A stretch of 64,000 bases of DNA from Octopus sinensis (Eukaryota): assembly GCF_006345805.1 (NCBI RefSeq), contig NW_021832440.1, positions 124,001 through 188,000 on the forward strand, read 5' to 3'. This document shows positions 58,421 to 64,000 of the stretch, in pieces. A program made the position numbers and the translations under genes. Every line of letters begins with the position of its first letter. The stretch's first letter is position 1. Below the pieces are notes generated by a model. It did not search any database. It was not told the DNA's origin and saw only the letters and a program-made list of their open reading frames with translations.

Positions 58421-61249
58421 TGCCAATTTGAAGTTGGTGTGCACACACAGACAGACAGACAGACAGACAGACACACACCATACCATTTTATTATTAAGAT
58501 TGCAAACCTATCCATGATTGCATGTGTCGAGCAATCGAACAGTTTACACTAGACCCTGGCTCGATTCCAGAGTGGTTATGTACTGGGGTCACTTATTTGA
58601 TCCCTAAAGTAGATAACCCTTCCGCTCCGACAGATTATCGTCCGATAACCTGTATGCCCAACCTGTACAAGTTGATGACTAAGGTGGTGGCTACTGAGGT
58701 CAGAAATTTCGTGGAGGTGAATGGGATTCTGTCCGAGAACCAGTTAGGTACTCGGCGTGATTGCCAGGGAGCTAAGGAGCAGGCACTGATCAACAAATGC
58801 CTCGCGAGAGCCCACGGAAACTCACTAGTGTCAATGTGGGTGGATGTGAAGAAGGCATATGACTCGGTTGATTATGCCTACCTCGTTGAGTGTCTGCGAA
58901 GGCTTAAGTTGCCAATGTGGTTTATCAAATTTGTTGCAACTGTGATGGACAGGTGGAACGTCCATCTAAATTACAACAAATGCGATATAGGCGAGGTGAA
59001 ACTAGAGAGGGGCATATTACAGGGCGACAGCATGTCTCCGCTGCTGTTCGTCCTCTGCCTAGAACCGCTGAGTAGAGTCCTCACTGCCCAATTCGAACAA
59101 ATGTCGATCGAACATGAAGGAGGGTGTTTTAGCACCAACCATCTCATGTTCATAGACGACATTAAGCTGTTCGCTCGGTCTTCAGAGATCCTTCACTCAA
59201 TGGGTAAAGTCCTGAAAGGTTTCATGAAGGCCGTGGGGTTGGAGCTCAACTACAACAAGTCGGCGACTAACACCCCTGTGTGTGGTGACCTAGTCAAAGT
59301 CTTGGAGGAACACCAAGGATATAAGTATCTTGGTGTGGTTGAGAGTCCAGCCTCATTAATCACACCCGAAACGAGAAAGTGTGTAGTGGAGGGTGTGCGT
59401 AGTAGGGCGGCAATGTTATGTAAGACTCGGCTAATGCACGGAACTTATTTCATGCCTTGAACGAGTATGCCATCTCATTGCTAAACTACTACGTTGGCCT
59501 GATCGAATTCGAGCCGAGTGAGTACGATGAAATGGACCTTATTGTCCGAAGAGTACTCCGAGAGAATCATGTCCACGTGTTGGCAAGCAATAAGGAGAGA
59601 TTGTACTTGTCTCGCGGGCAGCTAGGACGTGGACTGAGTAACATCGTACACTTAAGTGAGCGAATTCTTACTAAGATGCACGACACCTTGTGGAGTGGGT
59701 CGAGTGTATCCCAAAGGAAGGCTGCCATCCTTGCTGCTGAAAAAGCGCGTGGTACACACCTAGGGACCATAAAAGGCTATGTGTCGGCTAAGTATGGTCT
59801 AGGTGCTACCCAAGTTAATGTGAAGGAGTTGATCAAACTTCAAAAGGAGTCTTTAATTAAAAAGATCAACTTAAAAGTCCTTCACAAGACTCTCTTTAGC
59901 AGCCTGGACAACCCGCACATTGACGTATCGTCGTCATCTACGTGGCTGAAATATGGGAATAACTCTCCCCGATCAGAAGGGTTGTTCTCATATTTGCAGG
60001 ATAGAAACTTTTTTAATGGTCAACGGAAACAGTGTAACCACTGTAAGAGTAAGGCAATGACCGTTGACCATTTAGCCACGAAGTGCGGGAGTATGCTTTA
60101 CCATGATTACACATGGAGGCATAACGAGGTGGTGAGGTCCCTCCATCTTTTGCTCTGCAATAAGTACGGCTTGAGGCGGTCCAGAAAGTTGCGAACCCAT
60201 CGAGTTCAATCGGTGTGTGAGAACTCGCGGGTGTGCATTAAGGTGGATACCCCCATACGCACCTCGATTGTTGTCCAGCACAACAGACCCGACATTGTGG
60301 TCCACGATAAGGGGAGATTGTTATCGTGGAGGTGGGCATCACGTGCCTAGACCGTTTGCAGATAGTGGAAGTGGAGAAAAGGAGGAAGTATGACCTCCTT
60401 GCAAACGAGCTAGGACTGATGCACCAGTGCAAAGTCCATGTCATCCCGTGTGTGATGACATGGGATGGACTGGTCACCAAATACCACAAGCGGTACTTAA
60501 GACAGTTGGATGTAGATAAGTCTCTACAGGCTTATATACAGTCAACTGTTCTTAAGAGGACTCTGGAGAGTGTTTCGTTTGATGCTCGCCGATCCAGCCC
60601 TTTCCTGACGTTTAGTCAGCAAGAGGCGCTGGACTGCACCTTCTCGAAGGTCTACAGTGCCAGAGAAGAGGAGGAAGAAGGGGAGGAGGTGCGTGGAGTG
60701 CCGCCTTCTGCTCACTTCGAAGGCTCTGGACTTAGTTAGTAAAATTACTTAGTTAATTAGTTTCTTTCTTAATAAAAATAAAAAGTAAAAAAAAAAAAAA
60801 ATAAATTATTTTATGGGATTCAATGGAAAACTTAAGTTATTTCAATTTTAATTTTAAATCATGTTAAAATTTTAAATAATTTAAAAAAAAAAAAAAAAAA
60901 AAAAAATTTAATAAATATATTTGTTGATGACAGGCTTGTTAGGCGTCAAAGTCGCTCTCAGCGCTCGCGACATAATCTTTTCAACTTTTTAGAACTTTTT
61001 TATTAATAAGATTTTATTTTTTTATTATCAATATTTTTTTGCAATGAAATGTTTTGTAGGAAAAATATTTGTTTTGTATTTAGATAATTGACCTGACCAA
61101 TCTGGCGCCCCGGCCGGTCTGGACGGTGACATTAAATGTTAAAGAATCAGTTTTTTAGTTGAAAAAATATAGTATTTCTTTTTTGTCCATATACTCTTAC
61201 TCTAACACCGAATTTCCCGAAAAACGTTAATTTTGCTCATTTAGTATAT

Positions 61250-62043
61250 AATTGTGCATTTAAAATAAAAGTAAATTATTTCGAAGTCAACAAATGATTG
61301 CTTGTGTCGAACCATTAGTTGTAAAAACAATTATCGAAGACAATTATTTAAAGAAATTGGGTACCCACCAGAACCAATAGTTAAGAAATGAGGGAGCTGG
61401 CTTATAGCTGTTTTTTTACTATACTACAAACTTGCCAAATGTTATACACTTCCTTCGAAGGAGATTTTTTGCTTATTAAAAGAGTGAAAGAATGTTTATT
61501 TAGTTAACAACTTCATGAAGATCTAACGACGCTAATATCACAATATTCACCGTTATTACATTTGCTTGATGATTTAGAATCGACCAATTTTACTATAAAA
61601 AAGCATTCAATTATTTAAAAACATTGGATTTTAAAGAAGACGTGTGTGGAATAAAAAATTATATTATCGAAAGGATGAATTCCAATGATATCACAAAAAT
61701 TGTGAATTTCGATGATCATTCCATTTCACCTTTAGATTATTCTTTGTTGATTGAATGTCAGGCAACATCGTGCGCAGTAGAACGATCATTTTCGATTCTT
61801 AACAAAATCTTAACCAAGGATAGGAATTTTAAAGTGGATAATGTAAAATATTACTTAATTGTAAATAACTCGATAAACGATGAATAAAAATACTTTAAAT
61901 TTTCATAAACGTAGTTTATATATGAAAATAAAGTAGTATTTTTACGGTCAATTATTTGGTCAATTTTTAAAATTTTAAGGTCAATTACATTGACTTTTTA
62001 AGGGAAATTTTTATTTTTTTAAGTCAATAAAAATGTTGCTCTA
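61250..62043 (+). pseudogene. Degenerate CGGBP1-like hAT transposase
   Basis: PPEPIVKK*GSWL...LDFKEDVCGIKNYI...ECQATSCAVERSFSILNKILTKDRNF is homologous to 44423-45058; a TTGCTCTA terminus-like motif lies near 62040. Confidence 0.7.
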
Positions 62044-62109
62044 GTTATTAGATTTACTTGATGATTTAGAATCGACCAATCTTACTATAAATAGAGCATA
62101 AAATTTTTT

Positions 62110-62265
62110 TTAAATTAGAATTCAAAAACTGAACACGTATTTAATTAGTAGCAGAGGATAAGATGGAATGGCAATTCCCACGCAAAATGGCTATTGATAT
62201 GCGTTGGAAAAGCCATGTCCGTTCCCGATGATCATTTCTCCTTCTGCTTGCCAGGTCCCCCAGTT
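62110..62265 (-). mobile_element. Short CRE-clade 3' end
   Basis: RERTWLFQRISIAILRGNCHSILSSATN* followed by a short UTR and A8. Confidence 0.65.
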
Positions 62266-62664
62266 TAATAAGTTAAATGATGATATCCTGCACTTTCAAG
62301 GAATTCCGAAGAATATCCTTTCCTTTGACCGATGATATGTTATTGGCCCACAAGAAAATAAATTTTATGATATCCTCCAAAGGTACTCTGGCTCCCTCTA
62401 GCCAAGTTCCTGTACATTTTTACAACGTATTTTATACCGGCTTTCAATCCAGAACTAGTTCTGCACTCTCTTTTGTGACAATACCATAACGGTGGCGTCT
62501 TTTGGTAAATTGAACAGGTTGAGTTCACGTCACATTTAAATTTATAACACGTGGGATTATTATTTTATTTTATTGTAATTAATTATAAAACACATATATT
62601 ATCACTGGAAAAAATAGTATTATTTTGAAACTCGCTAAAAAGTGGCTGTAGACTACTACAAAAG

Positions 62665-64000
62665 TACCGGAATTTTTTAGTTCTGGGACCGAGGACTCCC
62701 GACGTCTCCACTGCGGTGAGATAATGCACTGTATTTCTTGATTTTTAGCGTTTCGGCCAGGTTAGCTGCGGAGCCCGGCTCTGCGGCCATTTTCGAAAGG
62801 GAAAGTCGTTAGGCCGTCAGGACGTTTACCATCCTCCCGAACCTGGCCGACCGGTTCCAACTGTGATGGGAATCCGGCAGTTTCAAGGGTCCGCTTAACT
62901 ATGTCGTTCAGGGCAATGTGTCGGGGAAAGCGTCCGGAGCTTTTCTGGCACGATAATGGGTGCAATTCAAAGGGGTCAACAGTCGATCCACAGCGGCACC
63001 GGTGTTTTCGGCATACGTTTAGTCCCAGGCGCAATGAGACGACGATCCTCAGGCAATCGTCGTTCAATAAGGTTCCAATAGATCCCATAGGGATAGCGGT
63101 CAACCAAGCCCCCGAATATGGTTGCGAGGGAGCCAATAAACAAGCCAAGTGATGTTGGTTAAACTTAGGCTTGAGGTTGTTCGACTTCTGATCACAGAGA
63201 ATCCTGTCCCATTCGTCTTGTGCGTGTGTATTCTGTGGAAGCTCAAGAGACATCCCAAGCCAGCGACTTTCTGCGGCGACTGACTCTGAGTCCATAGGAG
63301 ATTCGGTAACGGGTTGGAGAATCTCTTGGACAAGGGTGCTCGTGGCATGTGTAGGAGAAAGAAATGCTGGCAAAGAAAGGTCAGTGGCTGACCGCACACC
63401 GATGCCGCCACGACCGATGGGGAGTGTTGCCTGTTCCCAGCCAAGATCGTCAAAGAAGGCATTACATATTGATTCGAGGCAAGTCCTGAGAGCATGGTCG
63501 AATCTGGAGAGGCTTTCGGGATTGGCAAAGCATGGAGCGCTTCTAAGTGTAAACAATAGTTTGGGGATGGCGAAACAGTTCCTCAATAGAAACAGGGCCG
63601 AATGGGAATCGATGATACCAAGATTACGGGACATTGATACAAGGTTTGGTGTTTTTTCTGATAATATCCAAACGACACCGGTGTTAAAAATCGGGGAACC
63701 CAGAATCTTGAGATTACTGGGCGAGGTGACATGGATGTTGGGAAGTAATGATTCGATAGAACCATGGGCAACGGAGAAACGGTAGACATCATAACTGATG
63801 TTAAAGATTTCAGATTTTGGGGAATTGATTTCGAGGCCAATTGCGTTTAATGCAGAAATTAAAACTCTCAGGTCGTCAAGAACGGATTCGAGAGTACCTC
63901 CGATAGTGGCATCGTCCAAATACCACGCATTGAAAACGAAGGATACACTTCTGGCAACGGGATCGATTGCCAGGGCAAAGAGAAGAGGACCCAGAGGGTC
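62665..64000 (-). mobile_element. CRE-clade element, divergent subfamily; runs off the window end; 3' deletions
   Basis: DPLGPLLFALAID...AWYLDDATIGG...RNCFAIPKLLFTLRS...WEQATLPIGRGGIGVR...GKRPDGLTTFPF. Confidence 0.9.

Larger units (their letters stand above)
52491..58499 (-). mobile_element. Non-autonomous Helitron, copy 2 (carries the full-length CRE insertion)
   Basis: Reverse complement of copy 1 termini (TC at 58499, CTAG at 52491-52494), inserted in an AT dinucleotide with no TSD; longer Pif1-like helicase remnant at 52549-53034 (LRNL...LCNGTRL...[20 protein letters not shown]). Confidence 0.93.
51273..60800 (+). mobile_element. R4/Dong-clade RLE non-LTR retrotransposon (about 3.5 kb once the Helitron is removed)
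   Basis: 18-bp TSD ATAAATTATTTTATGGGA at 51255-51272 and 60801-60818; poly(A) tail; ORF joins in frame across the Helitron (FFIKN|CKPIHDCM); RT motifs DVKKAYDSV, RGILQGDSMSPLLF, MFIDDIK, YKYLG; CCHC finger, RHNEV and RPDI...EVG RLE. Confidence 0.92.
50884..60972. mobile_element. Second copy of the 26480-27110 MITE, split by the R4-like insertion (50884-51272 plus 60801-60972)
   Basis: Both halves match the reverse complement of copy 1 and join across an 18-bp TSD; left end truncated. Confidence 0.85.

Noticed and set aside
57304-58552. ORFs within the 94-bp array and the GTCT microsatellite
   Set aside because: Chance translations of repeats; unit length is not a multiple of three.
62280-62530. 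Possible Merlin/IS1595-like transposase scrap (GTWLEGARVPLEDIIKFIFLW)
   Set aside because: Too short and degenerate, with no TIRs; not enough to call.

Overview
AT-rich eukaryotic genomic DNA. The gene set (adhesion GPCR, TIMELESS, EFCAB11, a PEAK1-like pseudokinase) points to an animal, and the ~24-55 nt introns suggest a reduced or parasitic lineage such as Myxozoa; this taxonomic call is inference only. Compact host genes (ERH, EIF3G, adhesion GPCR, ROMO1, EFCAB11, PEAK1/pragmin-like, DDB1, gamma-glutamyltransferase, TIMELESS, several orphans) lie between dense, often nested mobile elements. These include many CRE-clade RLE non-LTR retrotransposon copies (one full length, with an N-terminal PHD finger), an R4/Dong-like retrotransposon, APE-type LINE fragments, two non-autonomous Helitrons with 94-bp tandem arrays, Buster-type and TAGGGC-TIR hAT elements, MITEs and a Ginger-like integrase relic. 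Most notable: three independent CRE-like insertions (53868-56980, 6737-7088, 31538-31629) carry an inverted copy of their own 3' UTR at the 5' junction, each ending 2-5 nt past the stop codon, which suggests both cut target strands prime reverse transcription at the RNA 3' end. There is also a four-layer nest at 50.9-61.0 kb (MITE < R4-like < Helitron < CRE). All calls come from manual translation and recalled family motifs; no searches were run, and coordinates of degenerate fragments are approximate.
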